Assembly (NCBI GenBank): GCA_049852185.1 | Contig: CP187540.1 | Strand: one strand, 5' to 3' | DNA: 64,000 nt | From: Methanocaldococcus sp. 28A | Lineage (GTDB): Archaea; AGJL01; Methanococci; Methanococcales; Methanocaldococcaceae | Shown here: positions 1 through 9,736 of the stretch, in pieces | How the letters are laid out: every line of letters begins with the position of its first letter | Numbering within the stretch: the stretch's first letter is position 1 | Program-made: the position numbers and the translations under genes | The notes under the pieces: model-generated | The model's input: the letters and a program-made list of their open reading frames with translations, nothing else | Told to the model about the DNA's origin: nothing | The model's database searches: none

Positions 1-177
1 GTTTTTCCAATAAAAAATAAAGTTGAATTAGCAGAAGCTTTACCTTGCGGTTTATCACTACCATGTGGAGAAATTGAAGCAGGAGAGTTGGTTAAATTAT
101 TAACTGACGATGATTTCCCAATAAAAGACCCTGAAGATTTAGCAATGAAATTGGCAAATAAATGCTTAATAAAATAA
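1..177 (+). CDS. 3' part of an MTH865-like small protein (5'-truncated by window)
   Basis: Frame +1 reads VFPIKNKVELAEALPCGLSLPCGEIEAGELVKLLTDDDFPIKDPEDLAMKLANKCLIK*; FP..LP.G..C..AGEL..L...DFP pattern. Confidence 0.55.
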   Translation, partial: VFPIKNKVELAEALPCGLSLPCGEIEAGELVKLLTDDDFPIKDPEDLAMKLANKCLIK

Positions 178-201
178 AATCTATAAATTTTTGGTGAAGT
201 T

Positions 202-387
202 ATGAGTTGGTGGAAATGTTCAAATTGTGGTTATATATTTGAGGCAGAGAAACCTCCCGAAAAATGTCCAAACTGTGGGGAAATTTGCACATTCTATGAC
301 GTAACCTGCTATACACCAGAATGTGGATGTCAAGGTTATGACCCTAAATTAGTTGCGAGAAGACCAAACGAAGAAAGTAAATTCTAA
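202..387 (+). CDS. Small rubredoxin-like / Zn-ribbon protein
   Basis: WKCSNCGY...PEKCPNCG; RBS GGTGA upstream. Confidence 0.8.
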   Translation: MSWWKCSNCGYIFEAEKPPEKCPNCGEICTFYDVTCYTPECGCQGYDPKLVARRPNEESKF

Positions 388-471
388 TTTCATTAATTTT
401 ATAATTTTATATTTTATTTCATCTTCAAAAAATAAAAAATAAAAAAATAAATAAATGAAGGAGGGATACTT

Positions 472-1140
472 ATGTGTGAAGGAAAAATGCCAGTTATTGG
501 AGAAAAATTCCCAGAAGTAGAAGTTAAAACAACTCATGGGACTATTAAATTACCAGATTATTATGTCGAAAAGGGTAAGTGGTTTGTCTTATTTAGCCAT
601 CCTGCTGACTTCACACCAGTTTGTACAACAGAGTTTGTAGGATTCCAAAAAAGATACGATGAGTTTAGGAAACTAAATACTGAATTGATTGGGTTAAGTA
701 TAGACCAAGTATTTAGCCATTTACAATGGCTTCAATGGATTAAAAATAAACTAGGAGTAGAAATTGAATTCCCAATAATTGCTGATGATAGAGGAGAATT
801 AGCAGAGAAATTAGGAATGATAAGCCCATATAAAGGAAATAATACAGTTAGAGCAGTATTTATTGTAGATAACAAAGGGGTTATTAGAGCTATCATCTAC
901 TACCCACAAGAAGTCGGTAGAAACTTGGATGAAATTGTTAGATTGGTCAAAGCTCTTCAAATTTCAGATGAGAAAGGGGTAGCAATACCTGCAAACTGGC
1001 CAGAGAATGATATAATAGGAGATAAAGTTATAATTCCTCCTGCATCATCAATAAATGAGTTAAAGCAGAGAAAAGAAGCTTGTGAAAAAGGAGAAATCGA
1101 ATGTTTCAGTTGGTGGTTCTGTTACAAAAAGTTAGAATAG
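472..1140 (+). CDS. ahpC: Peroxiredoxin (archaeal AhpC/Prx6-type)
   Basis: [12 protein letters not shown] motif, C-terminal WWFCYK. Confidence 0.93.
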   Translation: MCEGKMPVIGEKFPEVEVKTTHGTIKLPDYYVEKGKWFVLFSHPADFTPVCTTEFVGFQKRYDEFRKLNTELIGLSIDQVFSHLQWLQWIKNKLGVEIEFPIIADDRGELAEKLGMISPYKGNNTVRAVFIVDNKGVIRAIIYYPQEVGRNLDEIVRLVKALQISDEKGVAIPANWPENDIIGDKVIIPPASSINELKQRKEACEKGEIECFSWWFCYKKLE

Positions 1141-1208
1141 AATTAATACAATAATTCTATTTTATTTCAATTATTTTGTCCTATAATAATTATTTTGGGG
1201 GGAGGTAC

Positions 1209-1448
1209 ATGGTTGAACTTAAAATAGCATGTAAATTAGACAAAACCTGTGAAAAACCCAGATATAGAAAATACAAATGTAGAGTATGTGGTTGGGTATA
1301 TGACCCATTGAGAGGAGACCCTTCTCAAAATATTCCTCCAAAAACTCCATTTGAAAAACTTCCAGATACTTGGATTTGCCCAGTTTGCAGAGGAAAAGTT
1401 GGAAAGGAATACTTTGAACCTTTGGATGAGTGGGTAGAATTCGATTAA
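1209..1448 (+). CDS. Rubredoxin
   Basis: [10 protein letters not shown]...[10 protein letters not shown]; RBS GGAGG before ATG 1209. Confidence 0.9.
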   Translation: MVELKIACKLDKTCEKPRYRKYKCRVCGWVYDPLRGDPSQNIPPKTPFEKLPDTWICPVCRGKVGKEYFEPLDEWVEFD

Positions 1449-1466
1449 ATATTAGGTGAATTATTT

Positions 1467-2054
1467 ATGAAAGAGACTTTAATGAACTTAACAAAAGCAT
1501 ATATTGGAGAAAGTTTAGCAAGAAACAGATATACATGCTATGCAAAAATTGCAAAGCATGAAGGATATGAGCAGATAGCTGATATATTTTTATTAACTGC
1601 AGAAAATGAGAGGGAACATGCTAAATGGCTATATTATTTAATAACTGAACTAAAAAAGAAATATAACATTAATGAAAATTCAATAAATGTTGATGATGTG
1701 GAAGTTCCTATTGTATTAGAAAATACCGCTGAAAATTTAAAAGCTTCTATTGAAGGAGAACATTATGAACACACAGAGATGTATCCAAAGTTTGCTGAAA
1801 TTGCAGAGAAAGAAGGGTTAAAAGAAATAGCTGAAAGGTTGAGAGCTATTGCAATAGCAGAAAAGCATCATGAAGAAAGATTTAAAAAATTATTAAAAGA
1901 GCTTGAAAACGGAACATTATATAAGAAAAATGAACCTATAGAATGGGTTTGTAAAAAATGCGGCTATATTCATCTTGGAAATGAACCTCCTGAAGAATGT
2001 CCATCTTGTAGTCATCCAAGAAAATACTTTGAAGTTAAATGTGAAAAATACTAA
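1467..2054 (+). CDS. rbr: Rubrerythrin
   Basis: Diiron EREH/EKHH motifs, C-terminal CKKC..CPSC. Confidence 0.93.
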   Translation: MKETLMNLTKAYIGESLARNRYTCYAKIAKHEGYEQIADIFLLTAENEREHAKWLYYLITELKKKYNINENSINVDDVEVPIVLENTAENLKASIEGEHYEHTEMYPKFAEIAEKEGLKEIAERLRAIAIAEKHHEERFKKLLKELENGTLYKKNEPIEWVCKKCGYIHLGNEPPEECPSCSHPRKYFEVKCEKY

Positions 2055-2068
2055 AATGGGGAGGAAAT

Positions 2069-2419
2069 ATGAAAGTTGCATTCTTAATTTTCTCATATTT
2101 ACACAAAAATAAACCTAACATGCCAGTAATGTTCCACACATTGTTGTTTGCAAATGAGATGAAAGAAAAAGGGGATGTAGTAAAGATTATATTAGAGGGG
2201 GAAGGAGTTTTATGGGCAAAAGATTTGTTAAGTGAAAATCATCCATTAAAAAATCATTTTGAAAAATTAAAAGAGGATTTTGTAGTTTGTGAAGCATGTG
2301 CAAGTATGTTTAACATTAAAGATGAAATTAAAGAAAAATTAAAGTTGGAGAATGATTTATTTGGGCATATAAGCTTAAAGAAATATTTGGATGAGGGCTA
2401 TAGAATAATTGAACTTTAA
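2069..2419 (+). CDS. DsrE/DsrF-like protein
   Basis: IILEGEGV, CEACA motifs. Confidence 0.65.
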   Translation: MKVAFLIFSYLHKNKPNMPVMFHTLLFANEMKEKGDVVKIILEGEGVLWAKDLLSENHPLKNHFEKLKEDFVVCEACASMFNIKDEIKEKLKLENDLFGHISLKKYLDEGYRIIEL

Positions 2420-2493
2420 AAATTAAATTTCTTTATAATTATTTATTTCATTTTATATTAGGTATAATCTCTCTTTTATTTGAGGTGATTTTA

Positions 2494-3666
2494 ATGGTTG
2501 TTGAAATAAAGAAAGATATATTTTGGGTTGGTGTAATTGATTGGGAAATTAGGGATTTTCATGGATATATAACTCAAGATGGTTCTACATATAACTCTTA
2601 TTTAATAAAGGATGAAAAAAATGTTTTAATAGATACCGCAAAAAGTTATATGTTTGATGAACTAATTAAAGGAATTAACAAAGTTATCAGTCCCGAGGAT
2701 ATTGATTATATAGTAGTAAATCATGTAGAACCTGACCACAGTGGTTGTGTTGATAAGATTGTTAAACTTAGTGGTGCAACAGTAATTACGAATGAAAAAG
2801 GGAAGGAGCATTTATCTCTATATTATGATACTAAAGGATGGGACTTTATTGTTGTAAATTCTGGAGATGAAATATCTATTGGAAAAAGAACTTTAAATTT
2901 CATAAAAACACCTATGCTCCACTGGCCGGATAATATGGTAACATACTGTAAAGAAGAAAAGATTTTATTTTCAAACGATGCATTTGGACAACATATAGCA
3001 ACATCTGAAAGATTTGATTATGAAGTAGGAGATATAATTTTTGAGTATGCAAAAGAGTATTTTGCAAATATATTAATGCCTTATAAAATGTTAATTCCTA
3101 ATGTAATAAATTCCTTAAAAGATTTAGATATAGAATATATATGTCCTTCTCATGGAGTTCTATGGAAAGATATGAAAGATGAAATTATTAAAAAGTATCT
3201 CGATTGGGCAAATAATAAAGTAGAAAATAAGGCGATTATTGTTTATGACACAATGTATAACTCCACAAAAAAGATGGCCCATGCTATTGCAAATGGTTTG
3301 ATAGAAAAAGGCATTACTGTAAAAGTATATAGAATTTCTGAAACTCCTATGAATGTAATTATAAGAGAAATTTTAGATGCAAAATATGTTATTATTGGCT
3401 CACCAACATTAAATCAAAACATTTTACCGAACATTGCAAAATTTTTAGCTTATATGGAGGGATTAAAGCCCACAAGTAAAATAGGTGTTGCATTTGGCTC
3501 CTATGGTTGGATGGAAATGGCTACTGAAAAAATAAAAGAAGTATTTAAAAGATTAAATTTTAAAATCATTGATGATGATTCTCTAAAAGTTAGATTTGCT
3601 CCTAAAGAAGAAGATTTAAAGAAATGTTATGAATTTGGTAAAAGATTAGCAGAAGAAGACTTATAA
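2494..3666 (+). CDS. fprA: Flavodiiron protein (F420H2 oxidase family)
   Basis: HVEPDH, HWPD, SNDAFG metallo-beta-lactamase motifs plus flavodoxin domain. Confidence 0.92.
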   Translation: MVVEIKKDIFWVGVIDWEIRDFHGYITQDGSTYNSYLIKDEKNVLIDTAKSYMFDELIKGINKVISPEDIDYIVVNHVEPDHSGCVDKIVKLSGATVITNEKGKEHLSLYYDTKGWDFIVVNSGDEISIGKRTLNFIKTPMLHWPDNMVTYCKEEKILFSNDAFGQHIATSERFDYEVGDIIFEYAKEYFANILMPYKMLIPNVINSLKDLDIEYICPSHGVLWKDMKDEIIKKYLDWANNKVENKAIIVYDTMYNSTKKMAHAIANGLIEKGITVKVYRISETPMNVIIREILDAKYVIIGSPTLNQNILPNIAKFLAYMEGLKPTSKIGVAFGSYGWMEMATEKIKEVFKRLNFKIIDDDSLKVRFAPKEEDLKKCYEFGKRLAEEDL

Positions 3667-3719
3667 TATTTTCAATTATTTCAATTATATAATTTTATTT
3701 TTTTATTTATGGTGGAAAT

Positions 3720-4310
3720 ATGAGAATCTTTGGAATTAGTGGGAGCCCAAGATTGCAAGGAACTCATTTTGCAGTAAATTATGCTCTACAATATTTAAAA
3801 GAGAAAGGCGTAGAGGTTAGGTATTTTTCTGTTCATAGAAAGACTATAAATTTTTGTATCCATTGTGATTACTGTATAAAAAAGAAAGAAGGTTGCATAC
3901 ATAAAGATGATATGAATGATGTTTATGAAAACCTTATTTGGGCTGATGGAATTATAATAGGAACTCCAGTTTATCAAGGAAATGTAACAGGACAATTAAA
4001 AACATTGATGGATAGATGCAGGGCAATATTGGCAAAAAATCCAAAGATTTTGAGAGGAAAAATTGGAATGGGTATTGCTATTGGTGGGGATAGAAACGGA
4101 GGGCAAGAGATTGCTTTAAGGACAATACATGACTTTTTTATAATAAATGAAATGATTCCCGTGGGAGGGGGTTCTTTTGGAGCAAACTTAGGAGCTACGT
4201 TTTGGTCTAAAGATAAAGGTAAAAAAGGTATTGAAGAAGATGAGGAAGGATTGAGAGTTTTGAGAAAAACACTTAATAGATTCTATGATGTTTTAAAAAG
4301 CACTAAATAA
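3720..4310 (+). CDS. isf: Iron-sulfur flavoprotein
   Basis: GSPR, CIHCDYC-x5-C, GTPVY, GGQE. Confidence 0.88.
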   Translation: MRIFGISGSPRLQGTHFAVNYALQYLKEKGVEVRYFSVHRKTINFCIHCDYCIKKKEGCIHKDDMNDVYENLIWADGIIIGTPVYQGNVTGQLKTLMDRCRAILAKNPKILRGKIGMGIAIGGDRNGGQEIALRTIHDFFIINEMIPVGGGSFGANLGATFWSKDKGKKGIEEDEEGLRVLRKTLNRFYDVLKSTK

Positions 4311-4322
4311 AGAGGGATAACA

Positions 4323-4895
4323 ATGCTAAAAATTGCATGGGGGATAACTGGATGTGGGGATAAACTTCCAGAAGTTGTTGAAATAATGAGAAATTTAAAA
4401 AATAAATACAATTTGGACATAGATGTTTATTTATCAAAAAACGCAAAGATTGTTGTAAAGTGGTATAAACTTTGGCAAGTTTTAGAAGATGAGTTTTATG
4501 ATTTAAGGGTTGAGGTTAATGCAAACGCTCCATTTTTAGTTGGAAAATTACAAACTGGAAAGTATGATTTGTTTTTAGTAGCTCCAGCAACAGCAAATAC
4601 AACAGCAAAAATTGCTTATGGGATAGCAGATACATTAATAACCAACTCAGTAGCCCAAGCAATGAAGGCAAGAGTTCCTGTCTATATCTTCCCACCAGAT
4701 AATAAAAAAGGAAAAATAGAAACGCTTCTACCAGGAAATAAAAAATTAACATTATACATGAGAGATGTTGATGTTGAGAATGTTGAAAAAATTAGAAAAA
4801 TGGAAGGGATTGAAGTTTTAGATAAACCAGAGGATATAGAGAAGGTTATTTTAAAGCATTTGGAAATGAAAAAACAGAAAGAAAAAGAAGATTGA
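4323..4895 (+). CDS. afpA: Archaeoflavoprotein AfpA
   Basis: AWGITGCG, APATANTTAKIA flavoprotein motifs. Confidence 0.88.
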   Translation: MLKIAWGITGCGDKLPEVVEIMRNLKNKYNLDIDVYLSKNAKIVVKWYKLWQVLEDEFYDLRVEVNANAPFLVGKLQTGKYDLFLVAPATANTTAKIAYGIADTLITNSVAQAMKARVPVYIFPPDNKKGKIETLLPGNKKLTLYMRDVDVENVEKIRKMEGIEVLDKPEDIEKVILKHLEMKKQKEKED

Positions 4896-4931
4896 ATTTT
4901 CATCATTTTTCTATTTTTTATTTTATTAAAT

Positions 4932-5046
4932 CCGTTAATCTAAATTCGTTATTTTAATGTGAATATCGTTTTTAATAAAATTTTTGGAGACGATTTTCAA
5001 ACCGTTAATGATATTTATTCGTTACTATACTAATGATTATCGTAAA
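4932..5046 (+). promoter_or_regulatory. Cluster of CGT-containing operator-like sites upstream of cooS, including a Ptr2-like site
   Basis: Repeated ccgttaat / ttcgtta / tatcgt units; AGACGATTTTCAAAC at 4988-5002 matches 11/15 of the recalled Ptr2 consensus GGACGATTTTCGTCC. Confidence 0.4.
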
Positions 5047-5074
5047 TCAGTTAAAAATATACTTGGTGATAGGT

Positions 5075-7120
5075 ATGAAAAACTGCATCGCTGCCATACC
5101 AGAAATTAAGGAGATGGTTGAAAAGGCAAAATTAAAAGGTATTGAAACCCCTCACACAAGATTCCCTAACCAATTTCCAAAATGTCCTTATGGATTAAAG
5201 GGGGTTTACTGTATATTATGTGCTAATGGACCTTGTAGAATAACTGAAAAAACACCATATGGTGTTTGTGGTGCTACAGCAGATGTTATAGTTGCAAGAA
5301 ACCTCTGTAGAGCAGTAGCTGCTGGAACTTCATGTTATGTCCATTGTGCTGAAAACGCTGCAAGAGCTTTATTGTCAGCAGGTAAAGGAGAAGGAAACTA
5401 TGAGATAAGAAATGAGAAAAAATTAAGATTTTTAGCAAAAAAACTTGGATTTGATGCAAATAAAGATGCTAAGCAGTTGGCTGTTGAAGTTGCTGAGTTC
5501 ATATTAGAGGATATGTACAAACCAAGATGGGAAAAGAGTGAATTAGTCCCTAAATTATGTCCAGAAAAGAGATTAGAAGTATTTAAAAAATTAGATATCC
5601 TTCCAGGAGGGGCAAAAGGAGAGATTGTTGATGCATTAACAAAGACTTCAACAAACTTAAACAGCAATCCAATGGATTTATTGGTTCATTGCCTTAGATT
5701 AGGATTACATGCTGGATTTACAGGGCTTTTGATGACATGTTGGTTAAACGATATATTATTTGGCTCACCAAAGATTACAGTTGTAGAAAATGGATTCAGC
5801 TCAGTTAAGCCAAACAACGTAAACATTATGATAACTGGGCATCAGCATGCATTAATTCAGCCATTATGTGAAGTAGCAATGGAAGAAGATTTAATAAAAA
5901 TGGCAAAAGAAGCTGGAGCTGATGAGATTAAGATTATTGGAGCTACATGTAATGGACAAGATGGATTCAGCTCAGTTAAGCCAAACAACGTAAACATTAT
6001 GATAACTGGGCATCAGCATGCATTAATTCAGCCATTATGTGAAGTAGCAATGGAAGAAGATTTAATAAAAATGGCAAAAGAAGCTGGAGCTGATGAGATT
6101 AAGATTATTGGAGCTACATGTAATGGACAAGATATGGAGACAAGAATTGCTCATTTACCAGAAAGCTTTGTTGGTTACATAGCTAACAACTTTACAACAG
6201 AGCCATTAGTAGCTACTGGATTAATTGATGCTGTAGTTTCAGAATTCAACTGTACATTCCATGGATTGAAGTTTGTTGCTGAAAAAACCAAAACAAAATT
6301 AATCTGTATTGATGATATGGCTTACATTGAAGGAGCTGAATACATCCCATGGGAGCCAGAAAATGCAAAAGAAAAAGCAAGAGAGATTATTAAGAAAGCA
6401 ATTGAAGCATTTAAAGAGAGAAAGAACATACAGAAAGATTACTATGACACAAAAGTTAAATCAGTAGTAGGAGTTGGAGAAGAATCATTAGTTGAATTCT
6501 TAGGAGGTAGTGTAAAGCCATTAATTGATTTAATAGCCAAAGGAAAGATTAAAGGGGTTGTTGGAGTTGTTGGATGCTCTAACATAGCAAGTGGAGGTCA
6601 TGACAATATAATTGTAACATTAACAAAAGAACTCATCAAGAGAGATATTTTAGTCTTAGCAGGAGGTTGTGTAAATAGTCCATTAAAACACGCAGGTTTA
6701 TTCTCTCCTGAAAGTGCTGAATTGGCAGGAGAGAACTTAAAAGAGGTTTGTAAGAGCTTAGGAATTCCTCCAGTATTAAACTTTGGAGCATGTTTGAGTA
6801 TTGCAAGAATTGAGCAAGTTGCTGTTGCAATTGCTGAAGAATTGGGAGTTGATATTCCAGATTTACCAGTTGCAGCTTCAGCTCCTCAGTGGTTGGAGGA
6901 GCAAGCGTTAGCAGATGCAACTTATGCAGTAGATATGGGTTTCACCGTCCACGTTTCACCGGTTCCATTTGTTACTGGCAGTGATTTAGTAACAAAGGTC
7001 TTAACAGAGGCTGTTGAAGGCTTAACAGGAGGTAAATTAATTCCTGAACCAAATCCATACAAAGCTGCTGATATCTTAGAGAATGTAATTATGGAGAAGA
7101 GGAAGAAATTAGGACTCTAA
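5075..7120 (+). CDS. cooS: CooS-family (Ni-CODH/HCP superfamily) protein, atypical active site, with internal 57-aa duplication
   Basis: CILCANGPC B-cluster motif; GHQH, TCNG, FNC, VGCSN, GGC, GAC ligand positions; RBS GGTGA before ATG 5075. Confidence 0.9.
   Translation: MKNCIAAIPEIKEMVEKAKLKGIETPHTRFPNQFPKCPYGLKGVYCILCANGPCRITEKTPYGVCGATADVIVARNLCRAVAAGTSCYVHCAENAARALLSAGKGEGNYEIRNEKKLRFLAKKLGFDANKDAKQLAVEVAEFILEDMYKPRWEKSELVPKLCPEKRLEVFKKLDILPGGAKGEIVDALTKTSTNLNSNPMDLLVHCLRLGLHAGFTGLLMTCWLNDILFGSPKITVVENGFSSVKPNNVNIMITGHQHALIQPLCEVAMEEDLIKMAKEAGADEIKIIGATCNGQDGFSSVKPNNVNIMITGHQHALIQPLCEVAMEEDLIKMAKEAGADEIKIIGATCNGQDMETRIAHLPESFVGYIANNFTTEPLVATGLIDAVVSEFNCTFHGLKFVAEKTKTKLICIDDMAYIEGAEYIPWEPENAKEKAREIIKKAIEAFKERKNIQKDYYDTKVKSVVGVGEESLVEFLGGSVKPLIDLIAKGKIKGVVGVVGCSNIASGGHDNIIVTLTKELIKRDILVLAGGCVNSPLKHAGLFSPESAELAGENLKEVCKSLGIPPVLNFGACLSIARIEQVAVAIAEELGVDIPDLPVAASAPQWLEEQALADATYAVDMGFTVHVSPVPFVTGSDLVTKVLTEAVEGLTGGKLIPEPNPYKAADILENVIMEKRKKLGL
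5790..6133 (+). repeat. Perfect in-frame 171-bp tandem duplication inside cooS
   Basis: 5790-5960 is identical to 5961-6131. Confidence 0.97.
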
Positions 7121-7190
7121 ATTTTTAGTTCAGATTTTTTAATTTTAAATCTTTTTCTTTATTTAAATAAAAATTTAATTAGGTGGAATT

Positions 7191-8087
7191 ATGAAAATTA
7201 GAGGGTTTGAGAGCTCAATGATGGGGAGAGATATAGATTTTATTCCCCCAGCAATGACAAGATTATGTTGCTTAAATGAAATTTCACATGCGTTAGCAGG
7301 AGTTATGGCTGTTGAGAAAGCTTATAATATAACTGTCCCAAATGAAGGACAGTATTTGAGAGAAATTGCAAGATTGGGAGAGATTGTTGAAGTAGATGCA
7401 ATAAAGTTAGATGAATTCATAGATACAGATAAATTAGCAGATATTGGAAACAAAATAAAATCAATCTTAGGAAAAAAAGGAAAATATTTAGCAGTTGGTG
7501 GAGTCTTAGAAAATATAAGTGAAAAAAGAAAAGAAAAATTAATTAAATTAGCAAAAGAGGGATTAAGCTTAGTTGATAAAGATTTTGTTAAGTTAGTTGA
7601 TGAGAGAAAGAAAAAGATACCACTTCCAGATGTTAATTTAATTGATGCTTACAACTTTAATGTTAATAAAGTAGAAACAAAGGGTTTGCCTAAAATTGCT
7701 CTTTATGATGGAAAAGCAGTTTATAGTGGAGCTTTAGCAAGAATGTATAAAGAAGGATTAATAAACTCAAAAAATATGTGGAATGTATTATCTTCAAGGA
7801 TGATTGAAATAGAATTCTGCTTAAATAAAATTATCATGCTTTTAAACAAATTAAAATTAACTCATCCATACATGGAGCCAATTATAAGGGATGGAAAGGC
7901 TGTTGGGGAAGTTGTTATAGAAGGTGGTGAAGGAATCATTTATCACAAAGTTGAATTACTTGGAAGAGAGATTTTGGATTACACAATACTAACAAGTGAA
8001 AACTTCAACAAAGCAGTATTAAATAGCATAAACAATGAGGAAGCAAAAAGAATCATCCAGCTTTGTGAAAGATGTTACTATTTATAA
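7191..8087 (+). CDS. Short FrhA-like (NiFe hydrogenase large-subunit-like) protein with degenerate Ni motif
   Basis: RGFES, TRLCCLNEISH (cf. RICGxC), C-terminal LCERC. Confidence 0.75.
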   Translation: MKIRGFESSMMGRDIDFIPPAMTRLCCLNEISHALAGVMAVEKAYNITVPNEGQYLREIARLGEIVEVDAIKLDEFIDTDKLADIGNKIKSILGKKGKYLAVGGVLENISEKRKEKLIKLAKEGLSLVDKDFVKLVDERKKKIPLPDVNLIDAYNFNVNKVETKGLPKIALYDGKAVYSGALARMYKEGLINSKNMWNVLSSRMIEIEFCLNKIIMLLNKLKLTHPYMEPIIRDGKAVGEVVIEGGEGIIYHKVELLGREILDYTILTSENFNKAVLNSINNEEAKRIIQLCERCYYL

Positions 8088-8113
8088 ATATTTTAGCATA
8101 AAGAGGTGATTTT

Positions 8114-8773
8114 ATGACCGGATGCGGTTCTTGTGGCAAGATTATCAAAAATATTGAAAAGAAATATTACAACAAATTAAAAGAAAAAGGCATTGTGTTG
8201 GTTGGTGGGGCTGTAAATTTAGATGATGAAGAAGAAGTTAAAAAAATAAAGGAAATTAGAAAAAATGCAAAGATATTAATTGCTGTTGGTAGCTGTGCTG
8301 TAAGTGGAGGTTTCCAAAGAATGCTTATTGGCTTAGAGAATGGATTCCCACAAAGATTTGTTAGAGTTGGAGATGTTGTTAAGGTAGATTATGCAATAAT
8401 TGGCTGCCCACCAGATGAAAAAGAGGTTGAAAAAGTAGTGAGAGCAGTTATTGAAAAAGATACTGCAATAGTTGATTCATATTTAATACTAAAACCTTAC
8501 GAAATTATTGCTGGAAAACCAATTATTGATGCTTACATGAAAGTTAATGAGGTTTTATTAACTTCAAATAAAGAGTTATGTTTAGGATGTGATGATAAAC
8601 CAATAAATGATGAGTTCTGCACAGGTTGTGGGACATGCGTTGCTAAATGTCCAGCAAACGCTTTAACAATTGATGAAAAGCCAAAAGTCAATATAAGTAA
8701 GTGTATTAAGTGCGGTACTTGTTTCTTTAACTGTATAAGAGTAAAAGAGGCACTACTAAGCGAAGCGAGGTAG
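8114..8773 (+). CDS. FrhG-like small subunit with 2[4Fe-4S] domain; last codons supplied by repeat element
   Basis: GCGSC, GSCAVSGG, IGCPP, CTGCGTCVAKCP, CIKCGTCFFNC. Confidence 0.8.
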   Translation: MTGCGSCGKIIKNIEKKYYNKLKEKGIVLVGGAVNLDDEEEVKKIKEIRKNAKILIAVGSCAVSGGFQRMLIGLENGFPQRFVRVGDVVKVDYAIIGCPPDEKEVEKVVRAVIEKDTAIVDSYLILKPYEIIAGKPIIDAYMKVNEVLLTSNKELCLGCDDKPINDEFCTGCGTCVAKCPANALTIDEKPKVNISKCIKCGTCFFNCIRVKEALLSEAR

Positions 8774-8810
8774 TGCATCCTAAGTCTCCCAATAGGGCAA
8801 AGCCCTATGG
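8747..8810 (-). repeat. Double-hairpin element (Z cap hairpin + Y hairpin)
   Basis: Reverse complement ccatagggctttgccctattgg-gagactta-ggatgcactac...agtagtgcctc is homologous to 10401-10465. Confidence 0.85.
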
Positions 8811-8863
8811 GTGTTGGAACTTGCTTCTTCAACTGTATAAGAGTTAGAGGTGATGATAAATGA
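8811..8863 (+). pseudogene. Orphan second copy of the frhG-like 3' end (GTCFFNCIRVRGDDK*)
   Basis: Matches 8710-8743 with third-position differences; its stop overlaps the next ATG (ATGA). Confidence 0.85.
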
Positions 8864-9645
8864 AATATCTCTCAGTAAAATCAAAATTAAATATTGAAGC
8901 ACAAGATGGGGGATTCACAACAACCTTTTTAGGTTATTGTTTAGAGAGTGGAATATTAGATGCAGTAGTAGTAGTTAAAGATAAAAATTGGAAACCAATT
9001 GCCTATTTAGCTACAAACACAGTTGAATTATTAAAATCACCAAAAAGTAAATACTCTATCTCACCAAACAACAAGTTGTTAGAATATGCAACTGAAAATT
9101 ATGATAAAGTTGGATTGGTTGGTTTGCCTTGCCATATATTAGGAGGATTGCAGTTTGATTTAGCTTTAAAAGTTGGTTTATTCTGTACAAAAAATTTCCA
9201 CTATGAAACAATAAAAAACATTATAAAAGAGAGATTTGGACTTGATATGGATGAAGTTGTTAAAATGAATATCACAAAAGGAAAATTTGTTGTTGAAACC
9301 TTAAAAAGTACTGATTTAGTCCATTCAGAAAAAGTAATTTATGAAATTCCAATAAAAGAGATTGAAAAGTTCTGCAACTTAGGATGTAGATTATGCACAG
9401 ATTTCTCAGCAAAATACGCAGATGTATCAGTTGGAAGTGTTAGTAGTGAAAATGGATGGAATACTATAATTATAAGAAACAAGAAAGTTGAAGATATAAT
9501 AAATGAAATGGTTGAGAAGGGATTAATTGAAGTTAAAGAGGCTGTTGATATTAAAGCAGTTGAAAAATTAGAAAACATTAAAAAGAAAAATGAAGAAATT
9601 AACAAATGTTCTGCATACTTTGCTGTATGCCCTGCTCTATTTTAA
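8860..9645 (+). CDS. FrhB-family F420-binding subunit
   Basis: AQDGG, VGLPCH, GLFC, GCRLCTDFSA..ADVSVGS. Confidence 0.87.
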   Translation: MKYLSVKSKLNIEAQDGGFTTTFLGYCLESGILDAVVVVKDKNWKPIAYLATNTVELLKSPKSKYSISPNNKLLEYATENYDKVGLVGLPCHILGGLQFDLALKVGLFCTKNFHYETIKNIIKERFGLDMDEVVKMNITKGKFVVETLKSTDLVHSEKVIYEIPIKEIEKFCNLGCRLCTDFSAKYADVSVGSVSSENGWNTIIIRNKKVEDIINEMVEKGLIEVKEAVDIKAVEKLENIKKKNEEINKCSAYFAVCPALF

Positions 9646-9736
9646 AATGGCCCCTTATTTTTATTTATCCAACCGTAAGAGATATAAATTTAATAAAATT
9701 TTTTACTTTTTTATAATTTTATTTGGAGATGAAAGT

